Assembly (NCBI GenBank): GCA_046497275.1
Contig: JAWOFX010000054.1
Location: forward strand, 1 to 32,000
Reading direction: 5' to 3'
DNA: 32,000 nucleotides
DNA from: Promethearchaeia archaeon
Lineage (GTDB): Archaea; Asgardarchaeota; Lokiarchaeia; Sigyniarchaeales; SOKP01
Part shown: positions 1-9,605 of the stretch, piece after piece
Layout of the letters: every line of letters starts with the position of its first letter
Position numbering within the stretch: position 1 is the first letter of the stretch
Made by a program: the position numbers and the translations under genes
Notes under the pieces: model-generated
Told to the model about the DNA's origin: nothing
Databases searched by the model: none
Seen by the model: the letters and a program-made list of their open reading frames with translations, nothing else

Positions 1-122
1 ACTTCCGAATTAGTTTCTAAAATTTCGTTTAAAAATTTATTGAGATCTTCCATAGATGAATTCATAGCATTTTTACCAAAGAAAGAAATTATTATTAAAT
101 TAGATTTATGAATATAAATAAT

Positions 123-1301
123 TTATTCAAAAATTATTTGAGAACCACAATAACGACATGCTTTAATTTCTTTAAACATTTTTTCAAGACAAGGTTTGTG
201 GTAATGGGCTCCACATTTCTGGCATCTAAATACTTGATAATCTCCTAAAAATACACTATGACAATATGAGCAGGAAGCATTTATTTTTGGGATTTCTGTT
301 TCTGGAATAAGTTGCATTTTAGTGGTCTCTGTTTCTGATTCTTCTAATATTTGAATCTTTTGAGAGTTTTCTGCTTTTTCATCAATTAATTTTAAGATAG
401 AAGATGGTACACGTAAGAGAAAGAAACAAAATGGGCATCTGAATATATTTTCTTTATATTCTGTTTTTTTAGCCCATAGAGATGCACAAGATAAATGAAA
501 TGCTCTCCCACAAGAGGGGCAATAGCGCCCTTCTGAAAAAAAATCTGCATTAGTTATTGGAGATTTCACAGAATGACATATTTGACACCTATCTTGCCCT
601 GAACCCTGATTATTCATCATTAATCGTATTTCCATAATCGTTGGGCGTCTTAATGGCAATGCCACTTCACTGATGAGTGGGGGCATTTTCTTTTTCTTTT
701 CCGGAGAAAAATAATCTGATGTTTTTTTTATATTTTTTTTAGAAGCAAAAGATTTTCCAGCAGTAATTACAGCTTTAGAATTTGTAAAAAAGCCGTATTC
801 TCCTTCCGTAAGCTGTGAAATTCGCTTTAATGTATTTTTTTGTAAATCCTCTGTCAAACCTAATTGACATGAATCAATAATCACCCCCAATCCTTTAGCA
901 ATATCAACTATTTCTTTAAGTTTTTGAGATTCATTAAATTTCCCATCGCTAATAATAATAATCCGAGGTATCTTGCCTCCAATCTTTCGCATTTCTTCTA
1001 CCAAAATTTGAAGAGCAAAAGCAATTCCGTCATGTAAACCGCCCTCACCAGAGATTTGCACTTTTTTTAAAGACTTAATTAATTTATCTTCTTGATTTAT
1101 AAAAGGGCTAATTTTTTTAGTATTTGCCCCAAAACTAAGAATCGCGATACGATCTTTTGGATCTATTATAAATTTATTTAGAATAAAATTTTTAACTGCA
1201 TTCAATGCAACAATTATACGATTTGGTTTAAAATCTCTCCTTAACATAGAACGAGACGAATCGATTAAAATAACCACATCTTCTAATTTTATTTCTTCCA
1301 A
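123..1301 (-). CDS. vWA-domain protein (Ssl1/p44- or Rpn10-like N-terminus) with two C-terminal C4HC3 RING-variant/PHD-like zinc fingers
   Basis: N-terminus DVVILIDSSRSMLRRDFKPNRI has an intact MIDAS DxSxS, with a later ISDG. Finger 1 is CQIC-x18-CPSC-x4-H-x2-C-x16-CPFC; finger 2 is CSYC..CQKC-x4-H-x2-C..CRYC. TTG start. Confidence 0.8.
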   Translation of the reverse strand: MEEIKLEDVVILIDSSRSMLRRDFKPNRIIVALNAVKNFILNKFIIDPKDRIAILSFGANTKKISPFINQEDKLIKSLKKVQISGEGGLHDGIAFALQILVEEMRKIGGKIPRIIIISDGKFNESQKLKEIVDIAKGLGVIIDSCQLGLTEDLQKNTLKRISQLTEGEYGFFTNSKAVITAGKSFASKKNIKKTSDYFSPEKKKKMPPLISEVALPLRRPTIMEIRLMMNNQGSGQDRCQICHSVKSPITNADFFSEGRYCPSCGRAFHLSCASLWAKKTEYKENIFRCPFCFFLLRVPSSILKLIDEKAENSQKIQILEESETETTKMQLIPETEIPKINASCSYCHSVFLGDYQVFRCQKCGAHYHKPCLEKMFKEIKACRYCGSQIIFE

Positions 1302-1344
1302 AGCTCGTTTTACTCTTTTTAGTTAATGAATTAAATTAATGATT

Positions 1345-2697
1345 TTAATTTTTTTGTAGAAATTTATAGGCAAATAATGTATATGTTTTCACAGCATTGA
1401 TAAAGTCTTCAATTTCTATATTTTCATCTACTGCATGGGCAGTAGAGGCATTTCCTGGACCGAATAAAATTGTGGAATGACAAAACCCACTATTCCTAAG
1501 ATAATGAGCATCAGCGCAAGGAGGATAAAGAGTATAAAATGAATCCTTATTATATACTTTCTTAACAATATCAGAGAATAATTTCAAACTATCTGATTCT
1601 TTCCAATTCTCCCAATATGATCCTTCAGATTTATGTATGATCTCAAATCGAAAATAAACATCATTTTTATCATCATTCGTCACTTTAATTTTATAACCCA
1701 TTTCATTTATTAGTTCTTCAAGCGCATCTAAAATCTGATTAGGATCTTGTTTTGGCAATAGCCTAAAATCCATAACTATTTCACAAATGTCTGGAATAAC
1801 ATTTTCTTTAATACCCCCCTTTATCATAGTCACACTCTTCGTAAATTTTGTAAGTGAATATAAGAGACTTTGGAGTAATTCTTGTTGATCGAAAATATTT
1901 TCAAAAATTTCTTTACTTGGAAATGCTTCTGCAGTCAAATCTTTAAGTTCATTTATTGAGATCGGTGGTTCAATAGAAGGTATTTTATCATCTAATTTAT
2001 CTAAATTCTGAATAAATTTATTGATCATTATAATTGCATTAGTTCCTATAGATGGCATTGAAGCATGACATGACACTCCATGGGCAATAATTTTAAGCTG
2101 AAGATGACCTCTCTCCCCTAAGATTATCGCTTTCGGTAGGGGATTTAACCCCGTTGGTTCTCCAATTATAGCAAAATCACATTTTATATCGTTTAATTTA
2201 TTTTCCAGTACCCATTTTGTACCTTCTTTACCCCCAGTCTCCTCATCAGATACTGCGGTTAAAATTAGATTTCCATTTAAATCTAAATCTAAAACCTTTA
2301 GCACTTGTAGTGCTATAATCATAGCAGTCAACCCCCCTTTCATGTCGGCAGCTCCCCTTCCATAAATATATTTATCCCTTTTTTTATATGCAGATAATGG
2401 AGGATATTTCCAATCAGATTCCTCCCCAGCTGGAACTATATCCATATGACCATTAAAGAGAAGATTCTTGTTATAAAAATTCTTATTCAAATACGCAATG
2501 AGATTTGCCCTATTTTCCCCATACTTAAATACTTCCACGTCTATATTATACTTTTCTAAATATTGTGCTATTTTTTTGGCACCATTTAATTCATTACCAG
2601 GTGGGTTGTATGTATCCACTTTTATCATTTCACGGAAAAATTCTATAAAGTTCTCTCTATTTTTTTCTATATACTCAATTATTAACTCTTCTGACAT
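1345..2697 (-). CDS. M20 family metallo-hydrolase (ArgE/DapE-like deacylase/peptidase)
   Basis: Motifs NGHMDIVP, GRGAADMKGG, DEETGG, GEPT, HAVDENI. Start moved from the ORF-track 2829 to the ATG at 2697 (MSEELII) because the upstream extension is low-complexity AT-rich intergenic sequence. Confidence 0.9.
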   Translation of the reverse strand: MSEELIIEYIEKNRENFIEFFREMIKVDTYNPPGNELNGAKKIAQYLEKYNIDVEVFKYGENRANLIAYLNKNFYNKNLLFNGHMDIVPAGEESDWKYPPLSAYKKRDKYIYGRGAADMKGGLTAMIIALQVLKVLDLDLNGNLILTAVSDEETGGKEGTKWVLENKLNDIKCDFAIIGEPTGLNPLPKAIILGERGHLQLKIIAHGVSCHASMPSIGTNAIIMINKFIQNLDKLDDKIPSIEPPISINELKDLTAEAFPSKEIFENIFDQQELLQSLLYSLTKFTKSVTMIKGGIKENVIPDICEIVMDFRLLPKQDPNQILDALEELINEMGYKIKVTNDDKNDVYFRFEIIHKSEGSYWENWKESDSLKLFSDIVKKVYNKDSFYTLYPPCADAHYLRNSGFCHSTILFGPGNASTAHAVDENIEIEDFINAVKTYTLFAYKFLQKN

Positions 2698-2854
2698 TTC
2701 AGAACACAAAATTATAATTTTTAGATTATTTAATATATAGAATTTAAAAAATTTAAAAACTCTTCTATACCCTTGAATTTTAATAAATTTAAAAAATTTG
2801 AAAATTTTTATTATAGTAATATCAAACAATAATTAGAATTAAACGGGTAATTTT

Positions 2855-5800
2855 TTGTCTCATCACAATATATTGGTTAGAAAAAAACGTTTTATTGCTT
2901 TTACGATAATTTTTTTAATATTTCTATCGGGATTTTTGTTTTTGGGTAATTTTAATATGAATTGGAATGATCCAAACAACAAATTTAATAATCCACAATC
3001 TTTAACATTATCCGACACAGAATTAGATAAAACCATTACAGGATCGGGGGATAATCAAACTGTTAGAGTATATATGGATAATCAATCATCTTCGAATGAT
3101 AATAGTGGTGGGACATTTAAAATATCCGGACCTCAAGATAATACCTTCCTTGATTATGGAGATTTTATATTTGAATTCGATAATAGTTTTACTACGAACC
3201 ATACTTTAGAAGATGATTCTGCTCCTAATAGAAATTTTAATCTTTCGATTAGTTCAGATCGTTTAATCGGTCTAGAATTCGATATTAGAGGAAATAACAC
3301 AATAATAAATGGATTCTATGCCTGGATTAGCACAGTTAATTCAACATTAGCAGAAAATACAAGCTTAAATATTTCAATATATAAATCCAGCGAATTGATT
3401 CCTTCAAGAAGTTCATTATATGATGATGTGGATCCTAAAGATGTGTACCCTTCTACCCTTGAATATTCAACTATTATAACAGATTTCATTCCCGACGATC
3501 TTAATTATTTCGATTTTCCCGATATTATAACGCTAGACATTGATAATTATTTTCTTGTTTTAGGAACAAATAATACATTAGATGCATATCGTCTTGTAGT
3601 GTATCCAAGCACGGATGGAGATGGTGATAACGAGCATGTCTTAGAAGTGAAAGATGGAGGCTCTTGGTGGATCGCGAATATAACTAAAACAAAAGAATAT
3701 AGGAGGCTAGATGCGTCTTCTTTTACTTTAAATATCACTAGAGGATATATGCCATCTGATTTTATTATAAATACAAATAATACTTTAAGAATCCAAAATA
3801 TCCCCCTAAATAACAATAAAGAAGCCATTTTTCCATATATTGATACTAATATATATCAATGGGGATTAGGCTCTTGGAATGCTTACTTTCCAAATCCCAT
3901 TCCAAATGATGGTAGTATTGAATATCCTGTATCTTTAACATGGAATAAAACAGGGACAGATATCGATGATTTTGATTTTAATGTTTCATATTCAATATTA
4001 GTATATTCTCAAGAAGATTCTATAGTCAATTATTACGCAGATTATAATGGAGATATTTTATGGACAATAGATTATACGTTAAATTTATTTAATTATAATT
4101 GGAATTTTACAGAATTGTGGTTTCTCTATCCCTCTTATCATGACAATATTAGCTTGATAACTCCTAGTACGGGAACAGAAAATGTATTAGACCAAACACT
4201 AGGTGAAAGTACTTTAAACGAAAATCCAAGTCTTGATAAGCTTATAATACCCTATAATTTATCTAATTTTAGTGGTAAATATCAACTTAATCTAACTAGC
4301 TATAATGCTCTTAATGAGATTCATAGCTACCTCTATTATCAAGGAAATCTATTAGAAACATCAGGGTTTATGTATGGAGATACTATTAAAGCAGGAGTTG
4401 ATATTTCTGGACCTAATATTTTCTCCCCTGATGGAGGAACCGCGCAATATACCTTTTATAACCCCAATCAATCTATAAATGATTCATTTAGCGATTCTAC
4501 TGGAACTTTGTCTTCTGATAAAACTATACTTAATTTTGATTTTAATAATAAAACACTTTTATTTGTTGATAAGAATGCCGAATATGGTACTTATTATCTC
4601 GGAATGTTCTGGGAAAATGGGAGTTTAATTGGTATTAATAATGTTCCAATTTATATCGAATATTATGATTTATCTTTCAGTGATGTGGTAATAAAGGAAT
4701 TGGAGAATAGAATTTTGATAGAAGATATAACAAGATTTGATGATATTAAGGAAAACTACTATTATTATTTCTTAGGAGCATCCATAAATAAAACAGATCA
4801 GTTTCCTCAAAACTTTTATGCAATTACTCTTGAAGGTATTGATCAACACTTTTCCTATGAAATCTCTGGAACAAATATAGATCTTGAATTTAACGATTTC
4901 CTCCAAAATGAATCAATTTTAAACCCAAGTGAAGAGATTAATTTTAAAATTTCCATGAAAAATAATAATCCAATCATAAAAGTTGAAGATGTTAAAGTTT
5001 CAGTTAAATTAGTATCTCCAATTAATGATAATTGGATTATGACTCTAGGCAATTCCTCATCTCAAACTTTAGAAATATTAGGAGATCCTAATGGTGGAAA
5101 TCAGAAAGAGTTCTTACTATCTCTTCAGATGCCTGATATTAATCCTGATGGAATTTGGAAAGGATATAATTCTCCCATTAGGCTCGGCGGCGCAAAAACA
5201 ATAGTGACAGTCTATATTGATAATGAACCGATATATACTTATAATTCACCTGAATATTCATTATTAGTAAATAAAACAGATGATGAATTTGAAGGATATG
5301 TTTTATCCTTATCAGAAACACTTGAAGGCACCTCAACTAGCACAGCAATTAGAATTCCTAGAGATAAGTGTATCTATGCACCAGATAAGACAAATATTCT
5401 AATAAATATACAAGACTATAACCATATTAGCTCATATAAACTATTTAATAATTCATATTTATTTAATAAATCCAGTAGATTTGAAGATATATCCACTAGC
5501 CCAGATCCTCCTATAAAAGGAGAATCCTTCAATCTCAGTTCTAAATTAATTAGTGAATTTGGACAAATTATATCAGGAGAAGTTGTCAATTGTGAATATT
5601 ATAATGGAACAAATTGGAGAGAGGTTGATGACTCCCCACAAACCACAGATGTAGATGGAATCTCTATTTTCGAAATAGATACAAATGATGTAACGGTTGA
5701 AGATGATAAAATTTTATTCCGTTTATCTTGGGCAGGCTCGGAAGATATATTAAATAGAACTCAAGAATTTAATATTACTCTATTTGCTTATAAAAATGAG

Positions 5801-6403
5801 CTTACGATTAACGCAAGAATTAATAATCCTCCTATATATAGAAACGCAGATAAACTCTTGGATATAACATTAATTAACACTGGAAATTCTAATCTCAATA
5901 TCTCAAGCATTATATTAACATTTTCGGGTATCAACCCTTCCTATGAAATAATGCAACAAGACATCTATAAACTAGAGAGATTAAAACCTGGGATTTCCAC
6001 ATTAATTATTTTTAAAATCCGTTTTAAAGCAATACCAAGTGATACTTTAACTATAAATATTTCTGTTACTGCTAATAACATAAATACTCAAGAAACTATT
6101 GTTTCAGAAAAGAGTATTTCTGAAAGCGTGATTAATAGTTCTATCTTCCAGAATCTGAGGAATTTTCTTCCGATTATCATTCTTTCTCTTTTAGGATTAA
6201 TTATTGGCCTGTTATTATGGTACTCTTATATTCTAAAACGGCGGATAGAAACTCCTGTTGCAAAACCTGCTCCAAAGAAAAAGCGGAGGGGAGTCTATAA
6301 AAAAGTTTCTGAATTAAAGAAAGAAACACCTGAGAAAGAGGAAGAAGCCGAAGAGAAAGAAAAAACTGATTTAGATTCCTTATTAGAAGAAGAAGGAATA
6401 TAG
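2855..6403 (+). CDS. Large membrane-anchored cell-surface protein (N-terminal signal/TM, beta-rich extracellular region, C-terminal TM plus charged cytoplasmic tail)
   Basis: 1182 aa. Basic-then-hydrophobic N-terminus (RKKRFIAFTIIFLIFLSGFLFL), Asn/Ser/Thr-rich body with many NxS/T sequons, a CARDB/Ig-like segment (LDITLINTGNSNLNI), TM FLPIIILSLLGLIIGLLLWYSYIL, then a Lys-rich and acidic tail. Confidence 0.75.
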   Translation: MSHHNILVRKKRFIAFTIIFLIFLSGFLFLGNFNMNWNDPNNKFNNPQSLTLSDTELDKTITGSGDNQTVRVYMDNQSSSNDNSGGTFKISGPQDNTFLDYGDFIFEFDNSFTTNHTLEDDSAPNRNFNLSISSDRLIGLEFDIRGNNTIINGFYAWISTVNSTLAENTSLNISIYKSSELIPSRSSLYDDVDPKDVYPSTLEYSTIITDFIPDDLNYFDFPDIITLDIDNYFLVLGTNNTLDAYRLVVYPSTDGDGDNEHVLEVKDGGSWWIANITKTKEYRRLDASSFTLNITRGYMPSDFIINTNNTLRIQNIPLNNNKEAIFPYIDTNIYQWGLGSWNAYFPNPIPNDGSIEYPVSLTWNKTGTDIDDFDFNVSYSILVYSQEDSIVNYYADYNGDILWTIDYTLNLFNYNWNFTELWFLYPSYHDNISLITPSTGTENVLDQTLGESTLNENPSLDKLIIPYNLSNFSGKYQLNLTSYNALNEIHSYLYYQGNLLETSGFMYGDTIKAGVDISGPNIFSPDGGTAQYTFYNPNQSINDSFSDSTGTLSSDKTILNFDFNNKTLLFVDKNAEYGTYYLGMFWENGSLIGINNVPIYIEYYDLSFSDVVIKELENRILIEDITRFDDIKENYYYYFLGASINKTDQFPQNFYAITLEGIDQHFSYEISGTNIDLEFNDFLQNESILNPSEEINFKISMKNNNPIIKVEDVKVSVKLVSPINDNWIMTLGNSSSQTLEILGDPNGGNQKEFLLSLQMPDINPDGIWKGYNSPIRLGGAKTIVTVYIDNEPIYTYNSPEYSLLVNKTDDEFEGYVLSLSETLEGTSTSTAIRIPRDKCIYAPDKTNILINIQDYNHISSYKLFNNSYLFNKSSRFEDISTSPDPPIKGESFNLSSKLISEFGQIISGEVVNCEYYNGTNWREVDDSPQTTDVDGISIFEIDTNDVTVEDDKILFRLSWAGSEDILNRTQEFNITLFAYKNELTINARINNPPIYRNADKLLDITLINTGNSNLNISSIILTFSGINPSYEIMQQDIYKLERLKPGISTLIIFKIRFKAIPSDTLTINISVTANNINTQETIVSEKSISESVINSSIFQNLRNFLPIIILSLLGLIIGLLLWYSYILKRRIETPVAKPAPKKKRRGVYKKVSELKKETPEKEEEAEEKEKTDLDSLLEEEGI

Positions 6404-6467
6404 AACTGTAGAATAATAATTATTATCTATTTTAATAACTTTTTTTCAAAAAGAGAGAAAAATAAAA

Positions 6468-6818
6468 TTATAGATTGGAAATTGAAATCAAATTCCTTTT
6501 TAAAAGTCCTAATGAAGCTCTGCCATCTACTCCAGCAAGAGCAATAAGTACAACCTGTTCAGACCCAACGAGAATAGCAAAACCATCCTCTAATTCGATT
6601 GTAATGTTTCTTACACTTCCTTTTCCAGTGTCTTGACCTAAAGTATTAGAATCATTTAAAATTTTTGTACAAGCTTTAGCAATTTTGCTATGGTTCATCT
6701 CAATTAATGTCTGCCCGACAATTACATTTCCCTCTTGATCTGCAGCAATTAAACCTTCACATTCGGGAACTAGATCCATCAATTGTGCTAATTTTGGTTC
6801 AATGTCTTTTTTACTCAT
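6468..6818 (-). CDS. Roadblock/LC7 (MglB/LAMTOR-like) domain protein
   Basis: 116 aa with a roadblock pattern: helix, EGLIAADQEGNVI hairpin, long helix, ITIELEDGFAILV strands, C-terminal helix GLLKRNL. Confidence 0.8.
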   Translation of the reverse strand: MSKKDIEPKLAQLMDLVPECEGLIAADQEGNVIVGQTLIEMNHSKIAKACTKILNDSNTLGQDTGKGSVRNITIELEDGFAILVGSEQVVLIALAGVDGRASLGLLKRNLISISNL

Positions 6819-6982
6819 ATTGTTAGAATCCTCTTTTTAACAATTTCTTTAGATAAATAGTGAAAATACTTCTTAAAGTATATATATAGAACTTTCTATT
6901 AATATTTTTATACTATTTGATACTCAATTTAAAATTCTCCTTTTAGAAATAAGAAACGAATGGAGAAGAAAAATTCGAACCT

Positions 6983-7267
6983 TTATTTTAAGATTATGAG
7001 AATTAATTGCTCTTCCAATGCAATCATTATTTCTCCTTTTGATGTTTCTAAACGAATAAATTGCATTGATCCTTCCTTCAATGCATCCACGACTTGCTTT
7101 GCTTTGCCTATTAAGGATGTTATGTATGCTGAAACTTGTTCTGTCATATCCATATCAAGATTAGATTTGATTGGTAAACCACTGGTGTCTGTAATTATAA
7201 CTCCTCGTACACCCTCTTTTTCTTCAAAGCGCCTTATTATCTGCTTGACTTGATTGATGTCTATCAA
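6983..7267 (-). CDS. Roadblock/LC7 domain protein, dynein light chain roadblock-like
   Basis: 94 aa: GVRGVIITDTSGLPIKSNLD ... FIRLETSKGEIMIA..QLILIILK parallels the eukaryotic DYNLRB pattern (GV.G.IV....G.PI.T.LD ... FLRIRSKK.EIMVAP). TTG start. Confidence 0.85.
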   Translation of the reverse strand: MIDINQVKQIIRRFEEKEGVRGVIITDTSGLPIKSNLDMDMTEQVSAYITSLIGKAKQVVDALKEGSMQFIRLETSKGEIMIALEEQLILIILK

Positions 7268-7450
7268 AATTTAATACCCTTTTAAATATCTACAAATAAA
7301 GTATGAAATATTCAAATTTATTATTAATAAAATAATCAGTGTATTTAATAATTTACTTCTAAAAAAAATTCATAAATGAAATAAAATAATCTAATTTTCA
7401 CACTCTTTTTACAGAAATCTCTAGCCTTTTTCTTATTTAATGATTAATAA

Positions 7451-8092
7451 TCAAAGGAAATAATTTCTGTAAAAATTATATTGCCTTTCATCAGCAATTG
7501 TGGTTGTTCCCATATGTCCCGGAAACACAACAAAATTATTCCTTATGTTTGGATTATTCATTATCTTTTGTTTAATACTTGAAAATAGTTGTTGTTGATT
7601 TCCACCTTGGATATCTGAACGTCCTATACTCCGTCGAAATAATAAATCACCAGTAAATATTACTCCATCAACTTCTTTTCCATTATACTCTTTTACATCC
7701 TTAGTATAATAGGATAAAGCTCCAGGGGAATGACCAGGTGTTTCTAAAACGTGGAGAGTAATATCACCAATTTCAATATTATCGCCCTCTTTTAGCCATT
7801 TATCCGCCTTTTTTTGAGTATAAATGCCAGAATCAAATTCTGTTTTATTATACATTAAGGGAATATCAAAATAACGTTTAATTCTTCCAACTTTCATAGA
7901 ATGATCAAAATGCCCATGAGTCAGAAGCACAGCTATCGGTTTAGCTTCCAATTTCTCTATAGTTTCAATTATTTGTTGCGCATCTCCGCCTGGATCAATA
8001 ATCACAACCTCTTTTGTATCTTCGGATCCAAAAATGTAACAATTCGTACCGATGGGTCCTACAATAAGTTTTTTAAAAATCATAATTTCCAT
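7451..8092 (-). CDS. MBL-fold metallo-hydrolase (glyoxalase II/YcbL-like)
   Basis: THGHFDH metal motif, TPGHSPG, FTGDLLF, PGHM. Confidence 0.92.
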   Translation of the reverse strand: MEIMIFKKLIVGPIGTNCYIFGSEDTKEVVIIDPGGDAQQIIETIEKLEAKPIAVLLTHGHFDHSMKVGRIKRYFDIPLMYNKTEFDSGIYTQKKADKWLKEGDNIEIGDITLHVLETPGHSPGALSYYTKDVKEYNGKEVDGVIFTGDLLFRRSIGRSDIQGGNQQQLFSSIKQKIMNNPNIRNNFVVFPGHMGTTTIADERQYNFYRNYFL

Positions 8093-8205
8093 TAAGAAAA
8101 AATTATAGCAATTTAAAATATAAAAAGAAAATTGAAATAAAAACTATTGAATTATAGAATCTAAACTCAAACCCAATGATTTTATCAATTTTTATTTATT
8201 ATATG

Positions 8206-8499
8206 CTATTCTTCCTTGATAAGCTCATTAATCTCAACTAAACGATTATAGACCTCTAAGCCTTTATCGGTTAATTTTATAACTTTTGCATTTTCCTTTT
8301 CGTTTGGAACGATTTCAATTAATCCTCTTTTTATCAAGTCTTCTTTAACCCTGAAATAAGAGTTATAATAACTAAATTTATTTAATTCATTATAGAACGT
8401 ATGCTTGTCGACCTCATTATCTTTAAAACTTGTTAGAACTTTCAAAGTATCTCTAAAACCTTTCTTTTTAAGAAATGTAATTAATTCTTCAATTGCCAT
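8206..8499 (-). CDS. Small winged-helix DNA-binding protein
   Basis: 97 aa, basic, with the wHTH wing signature LIKRGLIEIV...KVIKLTDKG. Confidence 0.7.
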   Translation of the reverse strand: MAIEELITFLKKKGFRDTLKVLTSFKDNEVDKHTFYNELNKFSYYNSYFRVKEDLIKRGLIEIVPNEKENAKVIKLTDKGLEVYNRLVEINELIKEE

Positions 8500-8740
8500 G
8501 CTTATCCCTCGATCTTACGATTCTTTTTGTTTAATTTGGCTCAATACACTAAAAAGTATTTATATTAAAAAATATTTACATTATAATTTCTAAATTTTTG
8601 TCCAAAACTGGTATTATTTAACGATATTTTTCTTATTCTAAAAATGTTTTCTTAAAAATATCAAATTATCCTTTATTCAACAAACTAAAGTTTTTTTAAT
8701 TTCCAAATATTTCAAAAATCAAATTAGATATGATTTAAAC

Positions 8741-9502
8741 GTGGATTTTAATAGATATTTTGAAATTGAAAAGGGTTCTATACCAATTGTATTATCTTGT
8801 CCTCACGGAGGATTTCTAAAACCCAAATTTCTCTTAGATAAAGAAAGTGGAGTAAATATCGCAGATAAAGTTACTTATTTGGCTGCGAAACATACATTGA
8901 ACCTTTTAAAACAAAAAAATATCAAAATTTATTATATTTTAAATAAAATTCACCGTAGTAAAATAGATGTGAATCGCCCTCCTAAAGCCACTAATGCGCT
9001 AAATCAAAAGGCTAAAAATGTAGAAATTGCAAAAAGGATCCATAGTTTATATCATCAGCAAATTAAGAAATTAACAGAAGAATGTATCTCTCTTTTTAAA
9101 GCATGTTTTTTCATTGATTTTCATGGGTTTACTAAGCCTCATCAAGAGTATCCTGATATAATAATTGGTAATATTTTTGGAAATACACTAAATATTAAAA
9201 TAGAAAATCAAGGGAAAATTAAGGGAGAGAATCATAAATATTGGGGACATCATCAAATCGTACATGAATTTTCTAAAAATTTTACCTTAGACGATGGCTT
9301 AGGATTGAATAATTATAACTTCGCATATTCAGGAGGGTATATTACCCATCAATTCTATAATAAAGACCACATAAATGCTATACAATTAGAAGTAGCCAAA
9401 TATATTAGAAAAAATCCTGTACTTCTCAGAATTTTTATTTCTGATTTAGTTAATGCTATTGAAGAGATAGTAAAAAAATCTCTGGGTCTAACACATATTT
9501 AA
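8741..9502 (+). CDS. N-formylglutamate amidohydrolase family protein
   Basis: PIVLSCPHGG, IDVNRP, IDFHGF, YSGGYIT, AIQLEV motifs of the FGase fold. GTG start. Confidence 0.8.
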   Translation: MDFNRYFEIEKGSIPIVLSCPHGGFLKPKFLLDKESGVNIADKVTYLAAKHTLNLLKQKNIKIYYILNKIHRSKIDVNRPPKATNALNQKAKNVEIAKRIHSLYHQQIKKLTEECISLFKACFFIDFHGFTKPHQEYPDIIIGNIFGNTLNIKIENQGKIKGENHKYWGHHQIVHEFSKNFTLDDGLGLNNYNFAYSGGYITHQFYNKDHINAIQLEVAKYIRKNPVLLRIFISDLVNAIEEIVKKSLGLTHI

Positions 9503-9605
9503 AATCTTATTAGAAATTTTTTATATCTAATGTATGATAAAACCTAATATAAGCAAATTTTTATATTCATAAAGCACCATAATAAAATATTTTAAGTATA
9601 TTGCT

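Noticed and set aside
2698-2829. 44-aa N-terminal extension of the M20 ORF and the repeated AATTTAAAAAATTT words in it
   Set aside because: Low-complexity AT-rich divergent promoter region; the translation is F/K/I-rich noise and the repeats are expected at this composition.
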